A DNA stretch of 64,000 nucleotides from a bacterium (GTDB taxonomy: Bacteria; Patescibacteriota; Minisyncoccia; Minisyncoccales; CG1-02-41-26): contig JAUWWY010000002.1 of NCBI GenBank assembly GCA_030616605.1, positions 30,404 to 94,403 on the forward strand, given 5' to 3'. The notes below the pieces were generated by a model. The model saw only the letters and a program-made list of their open reading frames with translations. It had not been told where the DNA came from and made no database searches. Positions within the stretch are counted from its first letter, which is position 1, and each line of letters starts with the position of its first letter. The translations under genes were made by a program, and so were the position numbers. Of this stretch, positions 63,506 through 64,000 are shown piece after piece.

Positions 63506-63713
63506 AGAGGGTTTATTATTTATTTATTACAAAAATAAAAACAACTTAATTTATCTAGAGGTTTATTAAAAACTTTTCAACAAATTATCCCCAAAATTAA
63601 AAATTAGTTTTCCTTGAAATTACTAACATTTAATGTAATTTTATTAAATTAAATGTTATAATAATAGTAATAATAATTTAAAATTTAATTTAATTATTAT
63701 TATTATTAGAACT
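63506..63713. promoter_or_regulatory. Candidate oriC / DNA-unwinding region in the dnaA-dnaN spacer
   Basis: DnaA-box variant TTATCCCCA at 63586-63594, with the same 9-mer at 62014-62022 upstream of dnaA. An almost pure A/T inverted repeat lies at ~63640-63710. Confidence 0.5.
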
Positions 63714-64000
63714 ATGGAATTAGAAATTTTAAAAGAAAAATTAAATCAAAGTTTAATAATAATAGAACAATTAATAAGAAAAAATATAAATCTACCTATT
63801 TTAAATAATATTCTACTTGAGGTAGAAAAAAATTTTCTAAAAATAAGTGCTACTAATTTAGAAACAAGTATTATTTGGTGGATTTTAGCAAAAGTTAAAG
63901 AAGAAGGAAAAGTTACAATCCCTGCTTCTTTTTTAAGATCTTTAATTGGGTTTATAAAACAAGAAAAAATTAAATTAAAATCAGAGAAAAATAATTTAAT
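63714..64000 (+). CDS. dnaN: DNA polymerase III beta sliding clamp (5' part, runs off the window)
   Basis: Hand translation gives MELEILKEKLNQSLIIIEQLIRKNINLPILNNILLEVEKNFLKISATNLETSI... Position after dnaA. Confidence 0.8.
   Translation, partial: MELEILKEKLNQSLIIIEQLIRKNINLPILNNILLEVEKNFLKISATNLETSIIWWILAKVKEEGKVTIPASFLRSLIGFIKQEKIKLKSEKNNL

Overview
Low-G+C, tightly packed bacterial chromosome segment. By inference only, the content looks like a Candidate Phyla Radiation (Patescibacteria) genome: N-terminally short IF-2, pilus-rich, and many tiny G+C-rich or palindromic insertions. No search or HMM could be run, so every product call rests on motifs read from the translations.

Layout, left to right:
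- 1-3757: three tandem paralogous Cys-containing surface proteins.
- 3817-6176: a SEDS (RodA/FtsW) gene, then a REP-associated tyrosine transposase (RAYT) with five copies of one 18-nt hairpin repeat.
- 5731-11481: a 1916-aa protein with HTH, TM, LamG and tail-fibre-like regions.
- 11579-13609: ligA.
- 13613-24966: a complete type IV pilus operon (pilM-N-O, pilB, pilT, pilC, two pilins, pilD, four minor pilins) followed by comF.
- 25704-30030: three tRNA clusters (12 tRNAs), infB and rplS.
- 30137-40825: housekeeping genes (DsbD-like, nifS-nifU-mnmA, SDR, HD, yraN, nusA, comM/yifB, M23/LysM peptidase, rsmA).
- 40850-60083: a ~19-kb type-IV-secretion-like cluster.
- 60093-64000: the origin block jag-yidC-yidD-rnpA-rpmH | dnaA-dnaN.

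The T4SS-like cluster holds a VirB6-like protein, a PrgI/VirB3-like protein, a VirB4-like ATPase, two proteins with a VirB2-like pilin module, and giant Cys-rich secreted proteins of 1671 and 1489 aa.

Most interesting observations:
1. A GIY-YIG nuclease gene bounded by perfect 16-bp inverted repeats sits inside the leader-peptide codons of a minor prepilin. The pilin is encoded as a GIY-YIG::pilin fusion whose G|F prepilin-peptidase site is rebuilt by the element.
2. A 72-nt in-frame palindromic relic occupies exactly the same codon position of the neighbouring minor pilin.
3. The T4SS-like cluster has no relaxase, VirD4 or VirB11 in this window.
4. RAYT-associated REP hairpins are embedded in frame in coding sequence.
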